41,592 nucleotides of DNA from an uncultured Candidatus Saccharibacteria bacterium (GCA_964372935.1 CAYJRF010000006.1:1-41592), one strand, 5' to 3'. Positions 9,101-16,959 are shown, numbered from the stretch's first letter. Made by a program: numbers and translations. Notes: generated by a model from the sequence alone, not told the origin.

Positions 9101-9800
9101 CACCCAGATCGCCGTCCGCCACAGTGGCGAGGCGCGGCGGGTGGGCGGGTTGGTCACCGACACGCGAGTCATTACCACCAAAGGCAACGAAGCCATGGCG
9201 TTTGTCAAAATCGAAGACGGCGGCGGCGCCATTGAGCTGGTGATCTTCCCCCGAGTTTGGTCCGAGGTGAAGGCCTTCGTCGCCCCGGAGCGTTACGTTA
9301 TCGCCGACGGGCGGGTGGACACTCGCGACGGCGCCCCCAAAATTATTGTCTCGCGAGTCATGGAATTGCATCCTCAGGAGAGCGTCGCGGCCATTAAGGC
9401 CGCCCTCGGGCCAATCCCCCAAGCCGAGGCCCGACCCTCCAGAAAATCAACGGAGAGTCGTGCCGCCTCGCGGGCCGCAACCGCCAATCAAGATAGCCAG
9501 CTACGGCTCAAACTACCCCAAAATATGGGCAAGAAAGCTTTGGAGGAAGTGCGCCATATTCTCTACGCTCACGCCGGCGCCGTGCCGGTGTTTGTCGAAG
9601 CCAATCACGGCGGCACCTTAACGCTTGCCAAAACCAAAACCAGCGTGCGGCCGTCGCGCGACCTCCTGCAACAGTTGGAGCAAGCCGGGGTCGAAGCCGC
9701 CCTAACCGGCGCCGTCATGCCACCGGAAGTGCCCGACGACATCGTCATTGAAGACTTTGTCGAGCCGGTTGAGGACGCCGAAGAAGTTGTTGCGGCCTAG
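6174..9800 (+). CDS. dnaE: DNA polymerase III alpha subunit
   Basis: PHP domain FVHLHVHSHYSLLDG, GPGRGSAAGS, FERYLNPDR, MPDIDMDF, GLLKMDFLGL, YGFNKSH and an OB fold. No intein-sized insertion. Confidence 0.98.
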   Translation: MANFVHLHVHSHYSLLDGLGKIDELIARAKELDMPALALTDHGNMYGAIEFYTKCRKAGIKPIIGVEAYLAPRGMLDKVPKVDSVAYHQLLLAKNETGYRNLLSLVSEAHCRGMYYKPRIDLKLLAQHAKGLIGTSGCLAGMIPTAIVAGDMERAVALARQFAEMFEGDFYLELQHHPSLRDQATVNDALRDIARTLNLPLIATGDVHYVRPEDRETHEVLLAINTGKDLAADDRLTFGTVNVAMEDADYYRHAFADTPEAIANTIKVAEACSLKLKLGENILPNFRVPAGYNEDSYLERLCHDGLKKRFHEITPEITARLNYELTTIKNMGFAAYHLIVADFVTWAKDHGIYVGPGRGSAAGSLVAYATGITDIDPFPYGFLFERYLNPDRIEMPDIDMDFADDRRDEVIDYVRQKYGDDHVAGVATFGTMMGRAAVRDVGRVLGMAYSEVDAIAKLIPPPVQGRHIPLKDSVERVAELAAKYAAEPRIKRLIDFAVKLEGTVRHASQHACAFVICREPTVHYAPVQPAQRGRVGVVTQYSMKPIAELGLLKMDFLGLSNLTIMRQAMRIIRQTGQRDFDIHQVPLDDPKTYRLLARGETVGVFQLESDGMQRYIKELKPDRFEDIIAMVSLYRPGPMQNIPSFIARKHGREPVTYLHPKLEHALAETYGIPVYQEQVMQAAKDLAGFTGGEADTLRKAMGKKIAGLMAQMKVKFIAGCRKHSAIEAGLAETIFKQFEDFAAYGFNKSHAGCYALIAYQTAYLKTNYPAAFLAALLTSNNDNLDKMGVEMAEAARLGIPVLPPDVNESFPEFGVIVKQTAVGQSPANDYIRFGLAAIKNVGGSVANSIVAERQANGPYATLTDFLARLGPTVLNKRVLEALAMSGALDKFGERNNLVQSVEIMTRFLANGKRDASQIGLFAAESVAIVKNIALAEAPPASQRTYLEWEKQLLGIYLTGHPLKEIQPILPHIATAITQIAVRHSGEARRVGGLVTDTRVITTKGNEAMAFVKIEDGGGAIELVIFPRVWSEVKAFVAPERYVIADGRVDTRDGAPKIIVSRVMELHPQESVAAIKAALGPIPQAEARPSRKSTESRAASRAATANQDSQLRLKLPQNMGKKALEEVRHILYAHAGAVPVFVEANHGGTLTLAKTKTSVRPSRDLLQQLEQAGVEAALTGAVMPPEVPDDIVIEDFVEPVEDAEEVVAA

Positions 9801-9817
9801 GGGCTAGTTAATTACCA

Positions 9818-9870
9818 AATAGAAAGCGCCCCACCGGATGGGTGGGGCGCGCCCGCCAGCTTGTGGCGGG
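9818..9870 (-). terminator. Tandem hairpins / intrinsic terminator between convergent genes
   Basis: GCGCCCCACC (9826-35) pairs with GGTGGGGCGC (9841-50), followed by TTTCTATTT on the minus strand. A second stem is CCCGCCA (9852-58) / TGGCGGG (9864-70). Confidence 0.7.
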
Positions 9871-9877
9871 GGGAACA

Positions 9878-10918
9878 CTAGAGGGGACGGAGGACCGCCG
9901 GGACCAGCCGACTCTCTGGATCCACGGCCACCACGGCAATCTCGCCGCGGTTGTTAATCCCTTGGGCATACAAGACCCAGAACGGGGTCTGGCCGGTGAC
10001 AGCGTTGAGGTCAATCAACGCCCCCTCTTTCGGGTTCCAGACGAACCCGCTCCCGCCGCCGAAACCAACAACCTGTCCCCGGTCGTTGATGCCTTCGGCG
10101 ATCGTCCAGGCCGCGCCGAGCCGGCCAATTCGCCTAACGCCGTGATCGCGCGACCAAGTGATCGCGTCGTCGCCGAGGGCGCCGGCAAATTCGCCGGTGT
10201 CGGCGGCGGCCCAGATTAAGCCGCTGTAGCCGATTTCGGCGTAGCCGGCTCGGTCGACCACGAATGGGCGGCCGTTGTCAGATAGGCCGCCGCACTCCCC
10301 GCGGGAGTTAACGGCCAGGATCTGTCCGCGGTCGGGCAGGCCCGCCAGGCGCGGTCCGCCGGCCAAGTCGCGCCAGAACGGCACGCCCTCGCCGTTGACG
10401 ACCTGCCAGCCGACCACATACCGCCCGCCGCGGCTAACCGCCGCGACGACGCAAAAGTCGACGTGCGGGGAAAGATCCTGCGCCTTCCCAGTGACCGCGT
10501 CGTAGAGGAAGGCGTGAACCGCCCCGCTCGCCGGGTGGCGAAACCACCCGAAGACCTGCCGAGTGGCGGTTACGCCCCAAGGGAAAGTGGCCGCCGTGCC
10601 GATCTTGACGGGCACGGGGCCTTCGCCCTCGCGGGCGAAGGCCCCGACGATCCGACCCGCGGAGGTCTCGGTCGGGTAAACGACATCGCCGACGTCGTTT
10701 ACCCCGATCACCGGGTTCCGCAGGGCGCCCGGGGCCGCCACCGGCACCAGCCGGTAGCGCTGGGGCAGCCGAGTTACCGGCTGGCGCGATTTCGCGGCAT
10801 CCCGGGCCGCGATGCCCCGATCCAGCCCCACGGACGGGGCCGTCGGCGCCGAGATGGCCCCGGACACGCTCGCCACCGCCAACATGGCGGCGGCGGCAAT
10901 CAATCGAAAAACTTTCAT
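9878..10918 (-). CDS. Secreted protein with HAF-family extracellular repeats (probable beta-propeller)
   Basis: Sec signal peptide (MKVFRLIAAAAMLAVASVSGA). Repeats GVNDVGDVV, VHAFLYD, AVNSRGECGG, AEGINDRGQVVG and AQGINNRGEIAV. Strong AAAGGAGGG SD. Confidence 0.8.
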   Translation of the reverse strand: MKVFRLIAAAAMLAVASVSGAISAPTAPSVGLDRGIAARDAAKSRQPVTRLPQRYRLVPVAAPGALRNPVIGVNDVGDVVYPTETSAGRIVGAFAREGEGPVPVKIGTAATFPWGVTATRQVFGWFRHPASGAVHAFLYDAVTGKAQDLSPHVDFCVVAAVSRGGRYVVGWQVVNGEGVPFWRDLAGGPRLAGLPDRGQILAVNSRGECGGLSDNGRPFVVDRAGYAEIGYSGLIWAAADTGEFAGALGDDAITWSRDHGVRRIGRLGAAWTIAEGINDRGQVVGFGGGSGFVWNPKEGALIDLNAVTGQTPFWVLYAQGINNRGEIAVVAVDPESRLVPAVLRPL

Positions 10919-10973
10919 CTCGCGCCCTCCTTTTAGGCGCGTAGCCCAACACGATGTCGAGCGAACAGAATGA

Positions 10974-11002
10974 ACTATATACTATTTCGAAGTAAATGTC
11001 CA
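10974..11002 (-). promoter_or_regulatory. Sigma70-type promoter for the HAF-repeat gene
   Basis: Minus strand reads TGGACA-N17-TATAGT. Confidence 0.55.
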
Positions 11003-11234
11003 GTGTTTAATCAAATTAGTAGTTAAGGGTGGGTTTTGTATGAGGTAAGACAGGTAAGCTACCCTCCCAAATCGGGGGACGGACAACTCCCTGCCCCCTG
11101 TTTAAAGATAACCGCCTTTTGAGGCGCTTATTCTGGTTCACCATTGACGAAACCAAGGCACATACTCTATACTATGGCTTGGTCGCGTTCTAAGGCGCGT
11201 GATCAGGTTGAACTAGCCTTTCGAGGAATCGAAA

Positions 11235-12011
11235 ATGGAACCGCGCGGTTGGGAGGGGCCGGGTCGGCTGGCGACGCAACTGGGACTTGACGGCAATGAC
11301 CCCGCCATCTTGGCGGCCCTAGCGCCGGCGTTGGCAATCGGCAACGAACCGGTGAAAGTGCGCCAAGCACGACAGCAGCGACTTGCCTACCTAGGTGACG
11401 CACTCCTGCGATATTACGTTCGTGCGCTAGGTAATAAATTTCCGTTGAGACTGTGGCATAGAGTCGAGCATCTCGCCGTGAGCCGAGATAGTCTCGCGGC
11501 CGTCGCGCAACAGTTGGAACTCGAACTGGTGGCCGTCGACGCGGTGGAAGGTGAGTGCGACAATTCCGGGGCCCGGGTGGCGGAGAAAATAATGGAGGCT
11601 CTGTTTGAGGTCCTCTTTGGGCTGGAAAGCGATCAAGCCATCGCGACGATGGAGCTAGTGGCGGAACTGGCGGCGATTTGGGGGTTCGCGGCCTATGACG
11701 CCCAGTATCCATTCGGAGTGACCAGAATATTGGCCGAAAGCCTAAGGGAGGAGTTCGGCGTTTCGGTCGAGGTAACGCTGGAGTCTCGCAACGTCGGTGG
11801 GCAAGAGAACTATGTTGCCAAGGCTCGCCTACGCGACACACCCCAGTTTGACGCCCTAGCCGACGACGCCGTGGGCAAATCGCTCTTTGAGGCCGCGATG
11901 AACTGCTTAACGGTTGCTCGCCTTATCCTAGCCGAGCAAGCCGGACTACGGGAATTCGCCCTACGGGCCACCAAACCGGCAGCCCGCCGCCCATTCAAAC
12001 GGCGGCCGTAA
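11235..12011 (+). CDS. Divergent RNase III-family protein (Mini-III-like signature plus possible degenerate dsRBD)
   Basis: RLAYLGDALLRYYVR and IMEALF motifs. The C-terminal AVGKSLFEAA resembles the dsRBD GxGxSKKxA helix. Has a GAGGA SD and its own terminator. Confidence 0.65.
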   Translation: MEPRGWEGPGRLATQLGLDGNDPAILAALAPALAIGNEPVKVRQARQQRLAYLGDALLRYYVRALGNKFPLRLWHRVEHLAVSRDSLAAVAQQLELELVAVDAVEGECDNSGARVAEKIMEALFEVLFGLESDQAIATMELVAELAAIWGFAAYDAQYPFGVTRILAESLREEFGVSVEVTLESRNVGGQENYVAKARLRDTPQFDALADDAVGKSLFEAAMNCLTVARLILAEQAGLREFALRATKPAARRPFKRRP

Positions 12012-12026
12012 GCAAACTCATCATTA

Positions 12027-12066
12027 GCCCCGGCAGTTCAATCGTACCGCCGGGGCGATTTTTTAT
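12027..12066 (+). terminator. Intrinsic terminator
   Basis: GCCCCGGC (12027-34) pairs with GCCGGGGC (12049-56), followed by GATTTTTTATT. Confidence 0.75.
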
Positions 12067-12261
12067 TCCTGTCAGCCCAGGTCGAAAAATAGGATGGACG
12101 GGTATCGTCGCATTCAATAGACCTTTTCAAAATAGCTCAATTAGCGTTCTAGTTAGCGGTTGAACCCAGTTCCAAAAACACACTTGTCTAAAACGCTCAC
12201 CGAGCCGAAGGACGGGGAATCGGCTTCGTTACAATTCCCCCGCTCGGCGCAAGCGACACCT

Positions 12262-12786
12262 TTATTCCACTCCCGCCTCTTTTAGGGCTCGAACAATCGC
12301 CTGCTGAACCTCGTAGGGATCGGCCACTTGGCGGAGAACCAGGAGGCTGTCTTTCGAGGCGGTGCGGATCGTGACGTCGCCGTAGCCGAACATGGTTTCG
12401 GGCACGCCCTTAATGTCGCTGGAAACGTCCTGAATCCGACTAAGCTCGGCTTCGCTAATCACTCGAGAAAAAAACCCGCGTTGGATAACGCTGACAATCC
12501 GCTGGTCGGTGAGAACGGCAACGCTCGAAGCGTACGAATACCAATGCTTGGCGACGTAGTAAACTAGCCAGACGCCATACACGCTTAGGGCGATTGTCTG
12601 GATCGGGCCAACGGCATATCGCCACAGCCAATACGGCACGCCCAAAGACGCCGCGACCACGCCAACGCTCAAAGCAAGGGTAATAGGATGCTTGTTGCGC
12701 ACCAGCATCACATGCTCCTCTGGGCGCTGACCGCGAAAATGATAGGTGTCCTGGGACCAAATCGTTGAGGCGTCTGGTTCGGTCAT
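12262..12786 (-). CDS. Bacterial PH-domain (bPH_2/DUF304-like) membrane protein
   Basis: Two TM helices, then VLTDQRIV...QRGFFSR...LSRIQDVS...MFGYGDVTIRTA. Start at ATG 12786. Confidence 0.85.
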   Translation of the reverse strand: MTEPDASTIWSQDTYHFRGQRPEEHVMLVRNKHPITLALSVGVVAASLGVPYWLWRYAVGPIQTIALSVYGVWLVYYVAKHWYSYASSVAVLTDQRIVSVIQRGFFSRVISEAELSRIQDVSSDIKGVPETMFGYGDVTIRTASKDSLLVLRQVADPYEVQQAIVRALKEAGVE

Positions 12787-12790
12787 AATT

Positions 12791-13843
12791 TTAGTTCCCG
12801 ACTTGGCGGCGACGGGCCAATTCTCTCGACGCCAACACCGCGCCACCAAACACCATTATACTCGCGAGACATGCCACCGCAATCAGTTTGCCGTATGATT
12901 GAGTTTCCAGCGCCGCCACCCCAAAAATCGCGCTCACCGCGTAAAGAAGGAGCACGGCTTGCTTCTGACTAAGACCAGCCCGCAACAAGCGGTGATGGAG
13001 ATGAAAGCGATCAGCTCGGTAAACCGGCTTTCGGGTCATTAGGCGGCGGATGATGACCCAAATTACATCGAGAATCGGCACGCCCAAAACCAAAAAGGCC
13101 GTCGCCAATTTGCCGCCGGAAATAATCGAGAACGCCGCCAGCAAAAAACCAATCACCTGCGAGCCGGAATCGCCCAAGAATATCTTGGCCGGATAAAAAT
13201 TAAACGGCAAAAATCCCGCCAAAGAGCCGGCTAAAATTATCGCCAACAGCGACATGCTAATCTGGTTGACCTCCGGTTTAATGGCCAGTAGCCACAGTAC
13301 CACCGTGGCGATCAGCGACACTCCGCTGGCGAGACCGTCCAGGCCGTCGAGCCAATTGATCACGTTAATCATCAGGACTACCCAGACGATGACAAACGGG
13401 TACGCCCAGCTACCCAAGACGATCTGGCCGCCGAGCGGGTTGGTGATGTGGGGCACCAGCACCGCGCTCCACGCCAGCACGCCGCCAGCCAAAAAATGGC
13501 TCGCCAGCTTGACCCCGGGCGACAGGGCTCGGATATCGTCGGCCAAACCAAAGCCAAGCAAAATCACCACCCCGGCCACGATGCCGGCAACGTTTCGGTC
13601 GAGACCCCAGACCCGTTCGGCAATGAAATTAAGTCGATCGGGCATCAGGATAGCCAAACCTAAAGCGATAATTAAGAAACTGGCGCTGACGGCCACGCCG
13701 CCCAGACGCGGCACGGCGCGGGTGTGAGTATCGCGCGGCCGCGGCCACAGCACCCCCAAACCGGTGCGTCGCCCGAACCGGGCCAGCCACCATGTTAAAC
13801 CGGCGCTGACAGCCGCGGCAATAACAAAGAGCCAAATGGCCAA
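12791..13843 (-). CDS. Undecaprenyl-phosphate GlcNAc-1-phosphate transferase (MraY/WecA/TagO family)
   Basis: H...VPRLGG, GLADD, INVINWLDGLDGLA, FNFYPAKIFLGDSGS and ADRFHLHHRL motifs; polytopic membrane protein. Confidence 0.92.
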   Translation of the reverse strand: MAIWLFVIAAAVSAGLTWWLARFGRRTGLGVLWPRPRDTHTRAVPRLGGVAVSASFLIIALGLAILMPDRLNFIAERVWGLDRNVAGIVAGVVILLGFGLADDIRALSPGVKLASHFLAGGVLAWSAVLVPHITNPLGGQIVLGSWAYPFVIVWVVLMINVINWLDGLDGLASGVSLIATVVLWLLAIKPEVNQISMSLLAIILAGSLAGFLPFNFYPAKIFLGDSGSQVIGFLLAAFSIISGGKLATAFLVLGVPILDVIWVIIRRLMTRKPVYRADRFHLHHRLLRAGLSQKQAVLLLYAVSAIFGVAALETQSYGKLIAVACLASIMVFGGAVLASRELARRRQVGN

Positions 13844-13855
13844 GGCGCGTCAATC

Positions 13856-14464
13856 CTAACTGGTATCGGTGCTAGTCTTTAACAATTCGATCTGAGCGTC
13901 GTGACGGCGGTAGCTGACGATTTCGTCCGGTTTAAACCAGTGGGCGATTTCGTGATCGGCCTCGGCGGGCGTTTCCGACGCGTGAACCAAATTCATGAGG
14001 GCGCGCCGCTCGGCATTGGCCAACAGAGGCGAATCAATCGAATAATCGCCCCGCACCGTACCCAGTTCGGCGAACGCCGGAATCGTCGGGCCGACGATTT
14101 TTCGCACCATGTCCACGGCGTGGACGCCTTCCACCACCGCGGCCACCACCGGCGCCGAGATCATAAAATCGACGATCCAGCCGCGCACCATGTAGCCGAT
14201 TTTGAGCAAATCGTTAGTTCCTAGTTCGCGCTCGCTGTCGTGGCCATATTTGTCGTAAGTTTTTTTCGTTTTCTCTCCCAAGCGACGGATCCAGGTTTCG
14301 TCTTTTGGATAGTGTTCGTCTATTTGGTCGCGAGTCGGTAAAAAAAGTTTTAAGGCGACGATTTTCATGCCCCGTTGCTCAATCCGCCGGAGAATCTCAC
14401 CGCTTAAACCGCGGGTCACGCCGTCGGGCTTAACAATCACGAACGTCTGTTCGGTCTTAGTCAT
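13856..14464 (-). CDS. ndk: Nucleoside diphosphate kinase
   Basis: EQTFVIVKPDGV.RGL.GEI, GTVRGDY, NLVHASET (catalytic His) and EIAHWF. Confidence 0.95.
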   Translation of the reverse strand: MTKTEQTFVIVKPDGVTRGLSGEILRRIEQRGMKIVALKLFLPTRDQIDEHYPKDETWIRRLGEKTKKTYDKYGHDSERELGTNDLLKIGYMVRGWIVDFMISAPVVAAVVEGVHAVDMVRKIVGPTIPAFAELGTVRGDYSIDSPLLANAERRALMNLVHASETPAEADHEIAHWFKPDEIVSYRRHDAQIELLKTSTDTS

Positions 14465-14528
14465 TATTACTCCAATTCATTGACTTTGTATCAGTATAAC
14501 CCAGTTCGACAGGCCTGAAAAGGGAGGA

Positions 14529-14620
14529 TGAGTTCGCAAACTAAGTGCAACGGTTAAGTTTTTGGTGCTCGGATGGGAGCAAGTTTACCCCTTCCTTGTT
14601 GCACTTAGAACGCGAACTCA
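14529..14620. repeat. Long imperfect palindrome, copy 1 (candidate recombination or operator site)
   Basis: Arms TGAGTTCGC...CTAAGTGCAAC and GTTGCACTTAG...GCGAACTCA. Homologous to 16895-16959. Confidence 0.8.
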
Positions 14621-14663
14621 CAGAGATTCGACCTTTTTTAGAGTTCATAATATAATCTTAAAA

Positions 14664-15311
14664 GTGAACAACGACCAAAAAATTGACGAGTTAGCGAAGA
14701 AACTTTGGGACTATGGTCTTATGCATCAGAAGCTTGAAAAAGCTGATGCGATAATGGTTTTTGGGAGCTACAATCCCATTGTCGGTCAGCGGGCGGCTGA
14801 GCTGTATTTACAGGGATACGCGCCCATAATTGTTTTTTCTGGCAATCGAAGCGACTCGACCTCGAATTGGGAAAAATCAGAAGCAAAGACTATGTCAAAT
14901 GTCGCGATTAAAGACGGAGTGCCTAAAGATAAAATTTTACTAGAAACAAAAGCGACCAATTCTGGTGAAAATATTCAGTTCACCAAACGACTGCTAGAAA
15001 AGCGTGGTATCAAGCCAAAAAAAATTATCGCGATTCAAAAACCTTATGCCGAAAGGCGAGCTTATGCCGCAATTAGAAAAAAGTGGTCAGAGGTCGAAGT
15101 AATTATGAGCTCCCCGCAACTATCGTACGAAGAATACATGGAAAGCTCTCCTAAGGGCAAGGACGCTTCTATCGGTATCATGGTCGGCGATTTGCAAAGA
15201 ATTAAACTGTACGCGGAAAAAGGGTTTCAAATTCCGCAGGAAATTCCAGACGATGTCTGGAACGCGTACGAGCAACTGGTCAAACTTGGTTACACAAAAT
15301 CACTTGCTTAG
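14664..15311 (+). CDS. YdcF/ElyC/SanA (DUF218) family protein
   Basis: KADAIMVFGS, AAELY.QGYAP.IVFSG, SEA, GVP...ILLE.KATNSGENI, QKPYAERR. Likely GTG start at 14664. AT-rich (line 14881-14940 is 21/60 GC). Confidence 0.88.
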   Translation: MNNDQKIDELAKKLWDYGLMHQKLEKADAIMVFGSYNPIVGQRAAELYLQGYAPIIVFSGNRSDSTSNWEKSEAKTMSNVAIKDGVPKDKILLETKATNSGENIQFTKRLLEKRGIKPKKIIAIQKPYAERRAYAAIRKKWSEVEVIMSSPQLSYEEYMESSPKGKDASIGIMVGDLQRIKLYAEKGFQIPQEIPDDVWNAYEQLVKLGYTKSLA

Positions 15312-15464
15312 TTAGAATTATAACACCCCATACGACTCGGGGCCAAACTTTTCTGCTCATTCAAAAATGATGGCCTGTCGTGGAGTTCGAGCCAGAGAAG
15401 TGGTCAATAGGCGCAGTTTGGGGTATCATCGAGTTAACAAACCGAAAAAAGAAAAGAAGAACCA

Positions 15465-15614
15465 ATGAAAAGATTTATGGTCAACTATCACTCGCCCCAG
15501 GAAGCCGAATCAATGGATGCCGTGGTTGAGATGCTCAAGAATCACCCCCACTTAAATATGCCGGGTGGTTGCGAAATCGAAGTCTACGAGTCGTTGCCCA
15601 CGCCAGGAATGTAA
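15465..15614 (+). pseudogene. 49-aa ORF resembling an internally deleted YCII-like protein
   Basis: MKRFMVNYHSPQ joined directly to EAESMDAVVEMLKNHPHLNMPGGCEIEVYESLPTPGM. From recall, both termini resemble ~110-aa YCII-like proteins, but the middle is missing. Confidence 0.5.
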
Positions 15615-15639
15615 GTCTTAATTGACTTGCCGTGTTTCG

Positions 15640-16359
15640 TTAAAATCTTTGCTCCAAATTACTGATCGCATCGTACCAGCCTTTTTCGAGAACATAGGTT
15701 TGGGCTTTTTTGTCGTAGCCGAAGGTGACGCTCAATCCGACAACGACGAGGATTAGTCCAAGGAGAATACGGAACCAGCCACGCTCGGTGATAGCCCAAC
15801 CAAGTCTAGTAACAACGGCCCGTCCGAACCACGCGATCAGGGTCAACGCCAATGCTAGTCCGAGGACATAGGCCAATAAATAGCTGGTGCCCAGGCCAAA
15901 AGATACTGGCAAAATGGTAGCGACAATTAAGGCGTAGGTGGGGCTACAGCTGTTAAACACCGGTCCGAGAGCGGCGCCGAGGAGAATCTCGCCCTTATAT
16001 CCTTGAGTAGTTGACGCCGCCTGGAGCGCCGCGCCCGTTTTTGAATAGATTCCGGTCACCAAGGTAATTTGCCGCCAGAGCGCCGGAAATAAATAGTTGA
16101 GGCCAAATAGAGTCACAATCACGCCCGACACGATTTGCCAAAACAATTGCGGCACGCCAAGGAGCGCCGTCGTGGCCTTCAAGAGTAAACTGAACACGAA
16201 GACGGAAACCGCCAATGAGGCGATAATAATCGCCGGACGCACCCAATGGCGTCGTTCGCTTGCCACGGAACCAGTCAGGACAACCGGTAACAGAGGTAAT
16301 ATGCACGGCGCGGCAACCGTCAGGCAACCGGCTAAAAAAGCGACAATTAACAGCGGCAT
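15640..16359 (-). CDS. CcdA/DsbD-type transmembrane electron transporter (cytochrome c biogenesis CcdA family)
   Basis: AGCLTVAAPCILPLLP and GPVFNSCSPTY redox-cysteine motifs; about 6 TM helices. Confidence 0.88.
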   Translation of the reverse strand: MPLLIVAFLAGCLTVAAPCILPLLPVVLTGSVASERRHWVRPAIIIASLAVSVFVFSLLLKATTALLGVPQLFWQIVSGVIVTLFGLNYLFPALWRQITLVTGIYSKTGAALQAASTTQGYKGEILLGAALGPVFNSCSPTYALIVATILPVSFGLGTSYLLAYVLGLALALTLIAWFGRAVVTRLGWAITERGWFRILLGLILVVVGLSVTFGYDKKAQTYVLEKGWYDAISNLEQRF

Positions 16360-16361
16360 AG

Positions 16362-16868
16362 CTAGAGGAGATGAGCTATGACGGCTGCCAGGGTTGGGCT
16401 ATCGTAAGCGACATACTTTTTAACGATATCGCCAGCGTCGTCAACGCGCACGAGCGTGGTTTGAATCGTTACGCCGTATTTTTTGCGCAGGTCTTGGTTT
16501 GTGTCGTAGTCGGTTTTAATAATGGTAACGCCGCTCGGAATAGCATTGGCCTTAATATCGGCTTCCAAGGCGCGGCACTGCGGGCACCACGGGGCGTGGA
16601 AAAAGAGAATTTTAGTCCCAGCGGTCGAGGCAATAACCGTGCCAGAGTAGTTAATGTACGCCCCGCTGGTCGCAGCGGGAGTCGTTGCGGTAGCGGTTGC
16701 GGTAGCGGTCGCGAGCGAGGGTTCACCAGTCGGGTTTACGGACAATGAGGCCGCTGGCGAGGCGGTTGATTCCAAGACCGGCTGGTTCGAGTTTTGGCTT
16801 AGGAGATAAATCGCCATCCCCGCCGCAACAATAGCGATGCCCGCCCCGATAATCCAAGGTAGTTTCAT
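16362..16868 (-). CDS. Membrane-anchored thioredoxin-like protein
   Basis: N-terminal TM anchor, Thr/Ala linker, FFHAPWCPQC and KYGVTIQTT. Coupled to ccdA with a 2-bp gap. Confidence 0.88.
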   Translation of the reverse strand: MKLPWIIGAGIAIVAAGMAIYLLSQNSNQPVLESTASPAASLSVNPTGEPSLATATATATATTPAATSGAYINYSGTVIASTAGTKILFFHAPWCPQCRALEADIKANAIPSGVTIIKTDYDTNQDLRKKYGVTIQTTLVRVDDAGDIVKKYVAYDSPTLAAVIAHLL

Positions 16869-16894
16869 AGCGATATAGTATCATAGAGTAGGGT

Positions 16895-16959
16895 GCAAGT
16901 TCCAATTCTAAGTGCAACAAGTTTACTCCTCCTTTGTTATACTTAGAATTGGAACTCGC
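16895..16959. repeat. Long imperfect palindrome, copy 2 (candidate recombination or operator site)
   Basis: 26-bp arms GCAAGTTCCAATTCTAAGTGCAACAA and TTGTTATACTTAGAATTGGAACTCGC (3 mismatches) around a 13-nt spacer. Confidence 0.85.

Noticed and set aside
12200..12247. Hairpin CCGAGC..GGGGAAT / ATTCCCC.GCTCGG
   Set aside because: Located just after the PH-domain gene stop and most simply a 3' stabilising or terminating stem; nothing supports a distinct ncRNA.
14563..14580. tRNA 3'-end fragment (minus strand reads ...TCCCATCCGAGCACCA) within palindrome copy 1
   Set aside because: It ends in ACCA but has no TTCGA T-loop at the right distance and does not match the tRNA in this window. It cannot be supported without the full tRNA set.
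14507..15380. 9-bp inverted repeat CGACAGGCC / GGCCTGTCG flanking ydcF as transposon ends
   Set aside because: Too short to exceed chance, does not extend, and has no target duplication or transposase.
16675..16712. Tandem GCGGT(A/T) repeats
   Set aside because: They simply encode the Thr-Ala linker of the thioredoxin and are not a CRISPR array or functional DNA repeat.
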